Assembly: GCA_938074535.1 (NCBI GenBank)
Contig: CALJER010000005.1
Span: 6,421-70,420 of the forward strand
Direction: 5' to 3'
DNA from: an uncultured archaeon
Lineage (GTDB): Archaea > Hadarchaeota > Hadarchaeia > Hadarchaeales > WYZ-LMO6
Length of the DNA: 64,000 nucleotides
Shown here: in pieces, positions 37,501 to 46,196 of the stretch
How positions within the stretch are numbered: position 1 is the stretch's first letter
Layout: each line of letters begins with the position of its first letter
The notes under the pieces: generated by a model
What the model saw: only the letters and a program-made list of their open reading frames with translations
The model's database searches: none
What the model was told of the DNA's origin: nothing
Program-made: the position numbers and the translations under genes

Positions 37501-38119
37501 GGAGCTCCCTGATCCTCTTCGCCTTGATCCTTCCTATTCCCCTCACCTCCCTCAGCTCCCTTTCGGAAGCCCTCATCACCCCCTCCACCGTCCCGAAGTG
37601 CCGGAGCAGCCTCTCCGCGAGCACGGAGGAAACCCCCGGAAGCCCCTCCACCACGAACCTCTGCTGGAGGGAAAGGGGCGGGCCCTCCCTCTTCCTCCTC
37701 AGGGGGGGAAGCCTCCTCCCCTCCTCCCTCTCCCTCCTGGCTAGGAGCCAGAGGAGGGAGGCGGTCTGGGAGCGGTCCCTGGTCCTCAGCACGGGTATCC
37801 CCAGGGTCACCGAGAGGTGGAGCAGAGCCCCCTGCACCGCGTGGGGGTGGAGCCCCCCCAGCTCCTCCGGATCCTCCCTGCCCTCCACCACGAGCACCGG
37901 CCTCTCAAACTTCTCCTTCATCCTCCTGGCCTGATCCATCAGCCTCCCGTCCACGATCGACCTGCAGAAGTCCCTCACGCTCTTCCTCTCCACCACCACC
38001 CTGTCGCTCACCACGAAGTCCCCCACCTCCAGCCTGCCCGCCTCCGGCTCCACGCCCCTCTTCCTCAGCTCCCTTTCCAGCTCCCCCTCCAGCTCCCTCC
38101 TGTCCGCCAGGATCCTCAG
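37445..38119 (-). CDS. xpf: XPF/Hef-type structure-specific endonuclease, short archaeal form (ERCC4 nuclease plus HhH2); no canonical start codon
   Basis: LRILADRRE...VGDFVVSDRVVVERKSVRDF (ERCC4 ERKS motif), C-terminal (HhH)2 LPGVSSVLAERLLRHFGTVEGVMRASERELREVRGIGRIKAKRI. The only in-frame candidate start is CTG at 38119..38117, overlapping the XPD stop (CTGA). The N-terminal half of the track ORF is junk. Confidence 0.7.
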   Translation of the reverse strand: MRILADRRELEGELERELRKRGVEPEAGRLEVGDFVVSDRVVVERKSVRDFCRSIVDGRLMDQARRMKEKFERPVLVVEGREDPEELGGLHPHAVQGALLHLSVTLGIPVLRTRDRSQTASLLWLLARREREEGRRLPPLRRKREGPPLSLQQRFVVEGLPGVSSVLAERLLRHFGTVEGVMRASERELREVRGIGRIKAKRIRELLTARYLNSRTLQASPGSP

Positions 38120-40041
38120 TCCACCCCGAAGAACTCCTCCAGCCTCCTCCGTAGCTCTCCCTCCTCCACCCTCCTCAGCCTCTCCCCCATCCAGGCGGGA
38201 AGGCTCTTCCTCACGAAGGGGGAGAACACCCTCTCGTCCAGGAAGACCACGGCCGCCCGGTCGGAGGGGAGCCTGTGGGCCCTCCCCGCGGCCTGGGCCA
38301 GGCGCCGGTGGGCGGGGAGGTAGTAGCCGTATCTCCTCCCCAGGCCGGGGAACTGGTCCTCCCAGTACTCCACCGTCCTCTCCAGGCGCTTGCTCGGCGG
38401 GGCGTAGGGTATCCCCACCAGCACCACGGAGTCCATCTGGTGCCCCGGATAGTCTCCCCCCTCCGCGTTCCTCCCCCCCATCACCCCCAGGAGGACCGCC
38501 CCTCCCCTTTCCGCCCAGGATTTGAACTCCCTGACCTTCCTGTCGTTCTCCTCCGAGGAGCTCTCCCTCTCCTCCACGAAGAGGGGCCTGGAGAGGCCCT
38601 CCTCCAAGCCGGCCTCCAGCAGCCCCTCCAGGACCTCGTAGCTTGCCGTGAAGACTCCCACGTTTCCCGGGGTGCTGGCCTCCACCGCCAGGATCCCCCT
38701 CACCATCTTCCGGTACATCTCCCGGCTCCTGCTCTGCTCCCTGGTGGTGACCCCCTTCAGCACCAGGGCGAGCACGTTCTCGGGGGGGAAGGGGGAGGAG
38801 CACCTGAGCTTCAGGGGGGAGGAAAGACCCACCACGTCGGCGTAGGCCTCGAGGGGGGAAAGGGTCCCGGAGGTGCAGACCGCCGCCCTCACCCCCTCCA
38901 GCACGGGAAGGGTGAGGGATCTGGGATCGAGGGCCTGCACCTCCAGCACGGGGGTTCCGTCTTCCCTCACCGAAACTATTCTCAGGAACTCCTTCCTGCC
39001 CGCCGTCCCGTCCACCCTGAGGAGGAACTTCCCCACCGCCCTCAGGTGGGACCTGGGGGCCCTTCCCTCCCTCACCTTAAGGAGCAGCGCCCTCTCCCCG
39101 GCCTCCAGCAGACGCTCCCCGGCCTCCCTCGCCCCTCCGAGCCTCTCACAAATCTTTTCCTCCAGCTCCCCGCCCTCCAGCACCCTCTCCTCCCCCTCCC
39201 GCCCTCCCCGCGAGAGCTCCTCCAGCACCTCCCTCATCCCCGAGCAGAGCTCCTCCGCCTCTTCGTCCCCCAGCTCGGCGGCCTCCCTCTCCCCCTGGAG
39301 GAGGGAACCAAGCGTCAGCCTCTCGCTCGCCAGCTCCACCGCCAGCTCGGGAAGGTTGTGGGCCTCGTCGAAGACCACCGCCAGCTCGGAGAGGTCCGCC
39401 TCCAGGCTCCTGAGGAAGGAGGGGCGGATGGAGGGATCGAGCAGGTAGAGGTAGCTGCAGGCCACCACCCTCATCCCCGGCAGCAGGCGCCTGGAGATCT
39501 CGTAGGGGCAGAGGCCCTCCTCCCTGCACCTCCTGAAGAGCTCGCCGGCCGTGAGCTGCCGCCCGGAGAATCCGGAGACCAGCTCCTCTCCCTTCCCCTC
39601 CAGCCTGCCGAAGAACTCGCACCTCCCTTCCCCTTTCAGAACGGAGCACAGATGGGCAGCCTCCCCCGCCCCCGAGGTGAACCTCCTGAGGAGGGGATGG
39701 AGGCACATCTCCCTCCTGCCCCTCAGGGACATGCCGGGGACGCTCAGGCGGGAGGAGAGGATCCTCAGCTCCTCCACCACCCTGTCCAGCTGGCCGTGCG
39801 TCCTGGAGCAGTACACCACCCTGGTCCCCTCGAGCTCGGGGGAGGAGAGGAGTCCGCACAGAAGGGCCACCGTTTTTCCCATCCCGGTGGGGCCCTCCGC
39901 CACCAGCCGGCCGGATCCGCCCAGGGCCTTCCTCACCGCCGCCATCAGCTCCGCCTGGGGCTCCCTGACCTCCCGGTAGGGGAAAAGCGAGAGCAGCTCG
40001 GGGTACCCGCTCAGAGGGCCAGGTTGTAGACCAGAATCCAT
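38116..40041 (-). CDS. xpd: XPD/Rad3-family 5'-3' DNA helicase with Fe-S domain
   Basis: Walker A GPTGMGKT, DEAH box VVFDEAHNL, and the Fe-S cysteines C...C..C...C between motifs I and II. Start taken at MDSGL...FPY to limit overlap with the upstream small ORF. Confidence 0.85.
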   Translation of the reverse strand: MDSGLQPGPLSGYPELLSLFPYREVREPQAELMAAVRKALGGSGRLVAEGPTGMGKTVALLCGLLSSPELEGTRVVYCSRTHGQLDRVVEELRILSSRLSVPGMSLRGRREMCLHPLLRRFTSGAGEAAHLCSVLKGEGRCEFFGRLEGKGEELVSGFSGRQLTAGELFRRCREEGLCPYEISRRLLPGMRVVACSYLYLLDPSIRPSFLRSLEADLSELAVVFDEAHNLPELAVELASERLTLGSLLQGEREAAELGDEEAEELCSGMREVLEELSRGGREGEERVLEGGELEEKICERLGGAREAGERLLEAGERALLLKVREGRAPRSHLRAVGKFLLRVDGTAGRKEFLRIVSVREDGTPVLEVQALDPRSLTLPVLEGVRAAVCTSGTLSPLEAYADVVGLSSPLKLRCSSPFPPENVLALVLKGVTTREQSRSREMYRKMVRGILAVEASTPGNVGVFTASYEVLEGLLEAGLEEGLSRPLFVEERESSSEENDRKVREFKSWAERGGAVLLGVMGGRNAEGGDYPGHQMDSVVLVGIPYAPPSKRLERTVEYWEDQFPGLGRRYGYYLPAHRRLAQAAGRAHRLPSDRAAVVFLDERVFSPFVRKSLPAWMGERLRRVEEGELRRRLEEFFGVD

Positions 40042-40298
40042 ACCAGCAGCCAGCAGGCGAGGAAGGTCCAGACGCCGAGTTTGAGGGCCCTGACCGCCGA
40101 CCACCCCCCCTCCGGGAACTGGGAGGGGGGGAGCTTCAGGAGGAAGGGGGTGAGCCTGTAGGCGAGGAAGAAGAAGAGGAGGAAGAGGAGGAGGGCGGGG
40201 GAGGAGGAATTGAGCTCGGCCGAGGCCAGGCCGGAGAGGAGGCCGGCCAGGGAACCGAACGCCATGAAGGGGAGGGAAGCCTTGGTCTTGAACTCCAA
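40011..40298 (-). CDS. small hydrophobic protein, hypothetical
   Basis: 95 aa, 3 TM-like helices; overlaps the xpd 5' end; weak. Confidence 0.25.
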   Translation of the reverse strand: MEFKTKASLPFMAFGSLAGLLSGLASAELNSSSPALLLFLLFFFLAYRLTPFLLKLPPSQFPEGGWSAVRALKLGVWTFLACWLLVWILVYNLAL

Positions 40299-40329
40299 CC
40301 TCTCACCTCCCGCTCTTTGCGGGGCGAGA

Positions 40330-40971
40330 CTAAAAAGGTTCCATCCTGGCCTCCATCACCAGCAGCTCCTCGAAGGGAAGCTTGAGCCTGGAGAGGACGG
40401 TGACCCGGAGCCCCCCCTCCTCCGCCCTCCTGAAGGTCTCCTCCACCCCCGAGAGGGAGGACTGGACGAAGAGGGACCTTCCCCCCTTGGAGAGATGGGA
40501 GGGAAGGGCGGAGAGGAAAGGGTCGAGCACCTCCCTGCCGTCCTCCCCCCCGCTCCATCTGGGGTCGCCCTCCCCCTCCTCCGGGAGGTAGGGGGGGTTG
40601 AAGAGGATGAGATCGAACCTGGAACTCCCCACCGGCTCGAAGAGGTTCCCCTTCCTCAGCTCCACCCTTTCCCCCACCCCGTTCTTCCAAGCGTTGAGCC
40701 AGGCGCACCGGAGGGCCTCCTCGCTCACGTCGGTGGCCAGCACCCTTCCACCCCTCTCCGCCGCCAGGACGGCCAGGATCCCGCAGCCCGTCCCCAGCTC
40801 CAGCACTCTCTCCCCCTCCCTCACCCGCAGGTGGTCTGCCAGGAGGAAGGTGTCCTCCGCCGGCTCGTAAACCCCCGGGAGGACGAGGAACTCCCTTCCC
40901 CCGTAGAACGTCCTGAGGACCTGGGGACGGGTTTTTCCCCTCCCGGCACCCTCGGCGCCGCAGCCAGGCAT
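40330..40971 (-). CDS. HemK/Mtq2-like N5-glutamine (release-factor) methyltransferase
   Basis: SAM motif LELGTGCGILAV and the NPPY motif (ILFNPPYLP). Confidence 0.75.
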   Translation of the reverse strand: MPGCGAEGAGRGKTRPQVLRTFYGGREFLVLPGVYEPAEDTFLLADHLRVREGERVLELGTGCGILAVLAAERGGRVLATDVSEEALRCAWLNAWKNGVGERVELRKGNLFEPVGSSRFDLILFNPPYLPEEGEGDPRWSGGEDGREVLDPFLSALPSHLSKGGRSLFVQSSLSGVEETFRRAEEGGLRVTVLSRLKLPFEELLVMEARMEPF

Positions 40972-41054
40972 GGAAGGTTCACCCCATCCTCTCGGTACCC
41001 GCCAGCTTTAGAGGTTATCCGGGTCCAAAAATCCCTCCCGAAGGGCCGAAAACC

Positions 41055-41585
41055 TCACAGGAGAAGCCCCGCGGAAAGGAGCAGGCAGCCCATCCCCAGC
41101 ACGTCGCAGAGGGAGGTGATGAGGGGCCCCGTCACGTTGTCGGGATCCAGCCCCCTGGCGAAGGAAACCAGGGAGAGGAGGGCGGAGGAGAGAACCACAA
41201 CGGGGGTCAGGATGAGACCGCTCACCAGCAGGACCAGGGCGAGTTTACCGGACCCCCCCACCACGAGCAGGTAGAGGAAGAGGACGGCCGAGGTCGCCGC
41301 GTACATGAGCAGGCTGGAGGCGGAAATTGCCTTCAGGTTGAAGTACAGTTCCTTCCTCTGTCCCCTGGAGATGGTGCCCAGGTGCAGGGCCGAGCTCAGC
41401 CTGGCCCCCAGGATGGCGCCCACGTTGCCCGCGATGTCGTTGATGACGGGCACCAGCACCAGCAGGAAGGGGACGGAGTAGAAGAGGTCGAGGTGGTGCT
41501 CCGCCAGCAGCCCGGAAAAGGTGGAGATGAGGGCGCAGGCAACCAGGACGGAGTAAGTTTCCGCCACCGTTCTCCAGAAGCGCAC
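41055..41585 (-). CDS. MgtE-family integral membrane domain protein (paralog 1)
   Basis: DPDNVTGPLITSLCDVLG motif typical of the MgtE TM core; 176 aa. Confidence 0.55.
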   Translation of the reverse strand: MRFWRTVAETYSVLVACALISTFSGLLAEHHLDLFYSVPFLLVLVPVINDIAGNVGAILGARLSSALHLGTISRGQRKELYFNLKAISASSLLMYAATSAVLFLYLLVVGGSGKLALVLLVSGLILTPVVVLSSALLSLVSFARGLDPDNVTGPLITSLCDVLGMGCLLLSAGLLL

Positions 41586-41589
41586 CCCC

Positions 41590-42147
41590 TCACCCCCAGA
41601 AGAGGACCACCAGGTAAATGCAGAGGACGGTGATGATGTCCCCCAGCGTGGTCATCACGGGCCCCGTCACGTTGTCCGGATCCCACCTCCTCCTGAAGGA
41701 AAGGAGGGCCACGGCGATGGTCAGGAAGGTTATGAGGACGCCCGCCATGGTCCCGGAGATCAGGGCGATGCCCAGCAGGTCCAGAATGCGGGAGGACAGG
41801 CCGAGGGAGCCGCGGACGGCCAGAGAAATCCCGGCCACGGTCACGGAACCCACGATGCTGAGGAAAATCGCCGCCAGTGCGTTCCCCACCAGCTCCCAGC
41901 TCCTGGACAGTTTGGGTCTGAGGACGCCCAGGTGGAGGGCGGTGCCCAGCCTGGAACCGAGCGCGCAGCCTATGTTCCCCCTCAGCCCCACCAGAGGGGG
42001 AACCATCGTGAGGAGGCCAGGAACGACGTAGAATCTCTCCTTCATACCCTCCAGCACCGAGCCAGCGCTGAAGTCCGCCACGGCACACAGGGTCAGCACG
42101 GAAAGACTCTGGACCAGCAGGCTCCTCAGGGCCCTCTCCATCCCCAC
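41590..42147 (-). CDS. MgtE-family integral membrane domain protein (paralog 2)
   Basis: DPDNVTGPVMTTLGDIITVL; 185 aa; tandem paralog of the adjacent gene. Confidence 0.55.
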   Translation of the reverse strand: MGMERALRSLLVQSLSVLTLCAVADFSAGSVLEGMKERFYVVPGLLTMVPPLVGLRGNIGCALGSRLGTALHLGVLRPKLSRSWELVGNALAAIFLSIVGSVTVAGISLAVRGSLGLSSRILDLLGIALISGTMAGVLITFLTIAVALLSFRRRWDPDNVTGPVMTTLGDIITVLCIYLVVLFWG

Positions 42148-42225
42148 CAGAACCCCCTCGGCACCCCTTCCTTAAAGGGTTAGGCCCGCGCTGCCCCGAG
42201 GCGGCTGCGATAGGGTTAAAAAGGG

Positions 42226-42603
42226 GTGGAAGGGAGGAGGATGGAGAAAATGAAAATGGACGTGAAAAAGCTGATAGGGCCGGCGGCCTTCTACGTAGCC
42301 CTGCTGATAGCGGTGGTGGCAGCGGTGGCCATGGACCCCTCAGGAAAACTCTACGCGGCGCTGGCGGTGCTGGGGCTCATAGTGGCGGTGTGCAACATCA
42401 CGGGAGAGGAAACCGAGAAGTTCATCATGGGCTCCATAGCCTTCATCATCGCCGCGACGGGGATGCACCGCATGATCACCGCCACCGACGTGAGCTTGGC
42501 CGACGAAATCGTGCGCCTGGCCGCCAACATCACGGTGCTGCTGGGCGCCGGAGTGGTCCTCATCGCCCTGAAGGCCGTCTACCAGCTGGCCAAGAGCGCG
42601 TAG
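42226..42603 (+). CDS. small membrane protein, hypothetical
   Basis: 125 aa, 3 TM helices; followed by an oligo-T terminator. Confidence 0.4.
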   Translation: MEGRRMEKMKMDVKKLIGPAAFYVALLIAVVAAVAMDPSGKLYAALAVLGLIVAVCNITGEETEKFIMGSIAFIIAATGMHRMITATDVSLADEIVRLAANITVLLGAGVVLIALKAVYQLAKSA

Positions 42604-42609
42604 GTTCCC

Positions 42610-42632
42610 CTTTTTCTTTTTTCCTTTTTTTT
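42610..42632 (+). terminator. oligo-T terminator
   Basis: TTTTTCTTTTTTCCTTTTTTTT. Confidence 0.4.
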
Positions 42633-42659
42633 GGCGAACCAGCCGGGACCTTCTTTAGG

Positions 42660-42751
42660 AGCCCCGGGCGGGAATTGAACCCGCGACCTCGCGCTTTCAG
42701 TTCCCGGGGGGAATACCAAGCGCGCGCTCTTACCGGCTGAGCTACCGGGGC
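42660..42751 (-). tRNA. tRNA-Thr (anticodon GGU) with a roughly 17-nt intron after position 37; CCA not encoded
   Basis: Minus strand: acceptor GCCCCGG/CCGGGGC, D-arm GCUC-AGCCGGUAA-GAGC, anticodon stem CGCGC/GCGCG with loop UUGGUA + intron (UUCCCCCCGGGAACUGAA), T-arm GCGGG-UUCAAUU-CCCGC. Confidence 0.75.
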
Positions 42752-43142
42752 CTTCTTTTCTCTGCCTCCCCGGCTAAAAAACCTGAGCCACCCCGCCCAG
42801 CCCACCTCGCCGTCTTTCCCCTTACGGTCTTTGCCGCCGGAAAGCCCCATCCGGGCCGGAGGGTGGGAGAGGGACCTCAGGGTGGTCTGAAATCCTGAAG
42901 AGGATGGACCCGGAAAAACTGGCCCTCCACGGCCTGAACTAGCCTCCAGGTCCTCCGACAGGATTGTGCACCCGCACAGGGAGGGGTGGCCACGGCGGGA
43001 AAACCGAAGGAGGTGCTCACGCGGAGGAAGCTGGAGCGTGCCTGCGGGGTGAGGGTCGGGGGAAGGGGGGGACCGAGGGTCCCACCTCCTCCCCGAGCCT
43101 GTGAGACCAAGCCTTAAGTAAGAAAAGGGGAAACTAAACTCA

Positions 43143-43601
43143 ATGGTGAGCCTGAGCGGCCTTAGGGTGATCAACCTGAGGGAGGGGGACCTGCAGGAGG
43201 TGATGGAGCTCGGCCACAAATGCTTCCCCGACCCCTACCCCATGGGCCTCCTGGAGCAGCTCTACAAAAGCGACCCCTCGGGCTTCATGGGGGTGAGGAT
43301 AGACGGAAAGCTGGTGGGGTACCTCATCTGCACCATGAGGTGGGGCGGGGTGGGGCACATCCTGTCCGTAGCCGTGGACCCTGGATACCGCAGGAGGGGG
43401 GTGGGGAGGGCCCTCATCCAGAAGGCCCTCGAGAGGCTGAGGAAAGAGGGGGCGACGGCCGTGAGGCTGGAGGCCAGAAAGAGCAACCTGGGGGCCAGAG
43501 CCTTCTACACCGCCCTGGGCTTCAAAGAAGAAAGAGAGCTCCCCCACTACTACGAGGACGGGGAGACCGCCGTGCTCATGTGGTATACCTACCCCACCTG
43601 A
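43143..43601 (+). CDS. rimI: GNAT N-acetyltransferase (RimI / archaeal Nat-like)
   Basis: Acetyl-CoA motif VAVDPGYRRRGVGRALI; 152 aa. Confidence 0.85.
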   Translation: MVSLSGLRVINLREGDLQEVMELGHKCFPDPYPMGLLEQLYKSDPSGFMGVRIDGKLVGYLICTMRWGGVGHILSVAVDPGYRRRGVGRALIQKALERLRKEGATAVRLEARKSNLGARAFYTALGFKEERELPHYYEDGETAVLMWYTYPT

Positions 43602-43602
43602 G

Positions 43603-44805
43603 CTAGCGCCCGCCCTCGAGGTCCCTGAGCGTGAAAACGCGCAGGCCGGGGGGAACCCTCTCCACTCTGGATTGGACTCCCACGAGATTCCTCACTCCAC
43701 GCCCAGAGGCCAGATCGGCCATCTCCTGAGTGATGATGCCGTCGAGGACCACCGTGTGCACACCCTCCACCTGAGCCAGCCTTTCCTTCAGGTCCCTCAC
43801 CGGCACCTCCTCCACCCTCTCAAGGTCCTGGTTCAGCAGCTGGGCCTTCAGCGATCCGGTCATGCCCTCCAGAAGCTCCTTCAGCCTGGAAACCTCCCTC
43901 CTCTCCTCCGGCGCCTTCTCCGTCCTCCTCTGTCCCCTGAGCTCCTCCACAGGCACCTTGTTCCTGAGGGCCTTGAGCACCTCCTTTCTGGTCAGCTCCT
44001 CCACGCTCCTCCCGTTGGGGGGTCTGGCAACGAAGTCTATCTTCACCAGCTGCATGAGCTCCTTCAGAATGAGGTCTCCCCCCCGGTCGCTGTCAAGGAA
44101 GGCTGTGACGGTCTTGTTCTTGCAAAGCTCCACAATCTGTTTGGGCACGCTCGTCCCCTCCACCGCTATGGCGTTGCGGACGCCGGCCCTGAGGAGGTTC
44201 AGAACATCGGCCCTGCCCTCCACCAGGATCACCGCATCCGAGTCCTTCACCCCAGGACCGGCGGGCAGACCCTGGTACTCCGTGATCTCCTCCACCCTCA
44301 TGTTCTCCTTGACCTGCTCCGACAGCTCCTGGCTCTCCGGACTCTCCAGCTCCAGCTTCGAGAGGAGGTCCTTGGCGCGGTCCACGATGTACTTTCTCTT
44401 GGCCCCCCTCACGTCCTCGATCCTCTCCGTCTTGATCCTGGCCTCGCAGGGGCCCACCCTGTCGACCGTCTCCAGCGCTGCCGCTATGATGGCGGTCTCC
44501 ACTTTGTCCAGGCTCGAGGGTATGAGGACCGTGCCCGTGGACTTCCCCTGGTTGGTGCTCAGCTCCACCTTGATCCTGCCTATCCTCCCGGACTTCAGCA
44601 GCTCCCTGAGGTCGAGGTCCTCTCCGAGCAGGCCCTCCACCTGCCCGAAGATGGCCCCCACCACGTCGGGGCGCTCCACCACCCCGTTGGCCTCTATCCT
44701 GGCGTGGATGAGATACTTCACTGCTCCAAACTCTTCTTTCACACTCTCACCCTCCTTTTTGGTCGCATTCTCCTTTACCAGCTCCTTAAGCGATTTCTCC
44801 TTCAA
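43603..44805 (-). CDS. dnaG: archaeal DnaG primase (Toprim domain; exosome-associated)
   Basis: Toprim region AVILVEGRADVLNLLRAGVRNAIAVEGT and DSDRGGDLI; 400 aa. Confidence 0.85.
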   Translation of the reverse strand: MKEKSLKELVKENATKKEGESVKEEFGAVKYLIHARIEANGVVERPDVVGAIFGQVEGLLGEDLDLRELLKSGRIGRIKVELSTNQGKSTGTVLIPSSLDKVETAIIAAALETVDRVGPCEARIKTERIEDVRGAKRKYIVDRAKDLLSKLELESPESQELSEQVKENMRVEEITEYQGLPAGPGVKDSDAVILVEGRADVLNLLRAGVRNAIAVEGTSVPKQIVELCKNKTVTAFLDSDRGGDLILKELMQLVKIDFVARPPNGRSVEELTRKEVLKALRNKVPVEELRGQRRTEKAPEERREVSRLKELLEGMTGSLKAQLLNQDLERVEEVPVRDLKERLAQVEGVHTVVLDGIITQEMADLASGRGVRNLVGVQSRVERVPPGLRVFTLRDLEGGR

Positions 44806-44999
44806 TCACTCACCAGAAGGCTGTTCTGGTCGGAACTGCTCCTTCCGGAGCTTCCCGTTTCGATGGGACACCCGGTCCGGCGAGACCAGATCACGGGCGG
44901 CACCATCTTCACGGGCCTAACCTCGGGCCGTTCCAGCCCTACCCGTTTCTCCTCTTCCTTCCCCCCTTATATAACTTTGACCCCGGGCCGGGCGGGTCC

Positions 45000-46196
45000 T
45001 CAGCCCCTGTCCAGCCCGAAGATGCTGACGCTCACCACGCTCATGGCGGGGAACCCGCCCAGGTTGTGGGTGAGCCCCAGCCTGGGGTCCCTGAGCTGTC
45101 TGGACCCCGCCTTCCCCTGTAGCTGCTTGTAAACCTCGTAGGCCATCCTCAGGCCCGAGGCCCCTATGGGATGCCCGAAGCACTTCAGGCCCCCGTCGGG
45201 CTGGCAGGGCAGCTCCCCCTCCAGGTCGAAGAACCCCGCCTCCACATCCTCCGCCGCCTTCCCCCTGGGGGAGATCCCCAGGTCCTCGTAGGTGACCAGC
45301 TCCGTGATGGAGAAGCAGTCGTGCACCTCCAGCAGGTCAAGCTCCCTCCGGGGATCCTGCACCCCCGCCTCCTGGTAGGCCCTCCTGGCCGCCCTCACCG
45401 TGGTCTCCACGTGGGCCCCGTCCCACCTGTGGAGCAGCTCCTCCCCGGAGGAGGCGGCCACCTGCATGGCCTTCACGTAGACAGGATCCTCCCTGTACTC
45501 CTTCGCCCTCTCGGCCCTCACCACGATGGCCGCCGCTGCTCCGTCGCTCACCCCGCAGCAGTCGTAGAGGCCCAGGGGCCAGGCGATGATGGGGGCCCCG
45601 AGCACGTCCTCCACCTTTATTTCCCTCCTGAGGTGGGCCTTGGGGTTCTTCGCCCCGTTCCTGTGGCTCTTCACCGAAATCCTGGCCAGCACCTCCTTTC
45701 CCCTCTCCGGATCCAGCCCGTACCTGTCGAAGTACCTGACCGCCATCATGGCGAAGGCCCCCGGTGCCGTGACGTTGGGGAAGATGAGCCTGTTCCTGGC
45801 CCCCATCCCCGACCCGAACTCGGGCAGCCCGCCGTATCCTATGTCCTTGAGCTTCTCCACCCCCAGGGCCAGGGCCACCTCGCAGGCCCCCGAAGCCACC
45901 GCGTAGCAGGCCGCCCGGAGGGCCTCAGAGCCTGTGGCGCAGAAGTTTTCCACCCTGGTCACGGGGATGAAGGGGAGCTTCAGGGAGACGGAGAGGGGCA
46001 GGGCGCTCTTCCCCGTGGAGACCTCGTCGAAGCAGGTCCCCAGCCAGGCCATCTCTATGTCCTCCTTCTCCACCCCGGCATCCTCCAGCGCCTCCTGGAA
46101 GGCCTCCACCATCAGGTCCTCGTAACCGGCGTCCCACCTCTCCCCGAACCGGGTGCAGCCCATCCCGACGATGGCCACCTTATCCTTGATCCCCAT
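45000..46196 (-). CDS. acetyl-CoA C-acetyltransferase (archaeal thiolase)
   Basis: Active-site region NFCATGSEAL, catalytic GHPIGASGLR; 17-nt overlap with the upstream HMGS-DUF35 gene. Confidence 0.9.
   Translation of the reverse strand: MGIKDKVAIVGMGCTRFGERWDAGYEDLMVEAFQEALEDAGVEKEDIEMAWLGTCFDEVSTGKSALPLSVSLKLPFIPVTRVENFCATGSEALRAACYAVASGACEVALALGVEKLKDIGYGGLPEFGSGMGARNRLIFPNVTAPGAFAMMAVRYFDRYGLDPERGKEVLARISVKSHRNGAKNPKAHLRREIKVEDVLGAPIIAWPLGLYDCCGVSDGAAAAIVVRAERAKEYREDPVYVKAMQVAASSGEELLHRWDGAHVETTVRAARRAYQEAGVQDPRRELDLLEVHDCFSITELVTYEDLGISPRGKAAEDVEAGFFDLEGELPCQPDGGLKCFGHPIGASGLRMAYEVYKQLQGKAGSRQLRDPRLGLTHNLGGFPAMSVVSVSIFGLDRG

Noticed and set aside
44806-44999. TATA-like TTATATAAC at about 44966 as the dnaG promoter
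   Set aside because: It is about 170 nt from the dnaG ATG, too far for the leaderless pattern seen elsewhere. It may belong to an unannotated small transcript, but evidence is insufficient.
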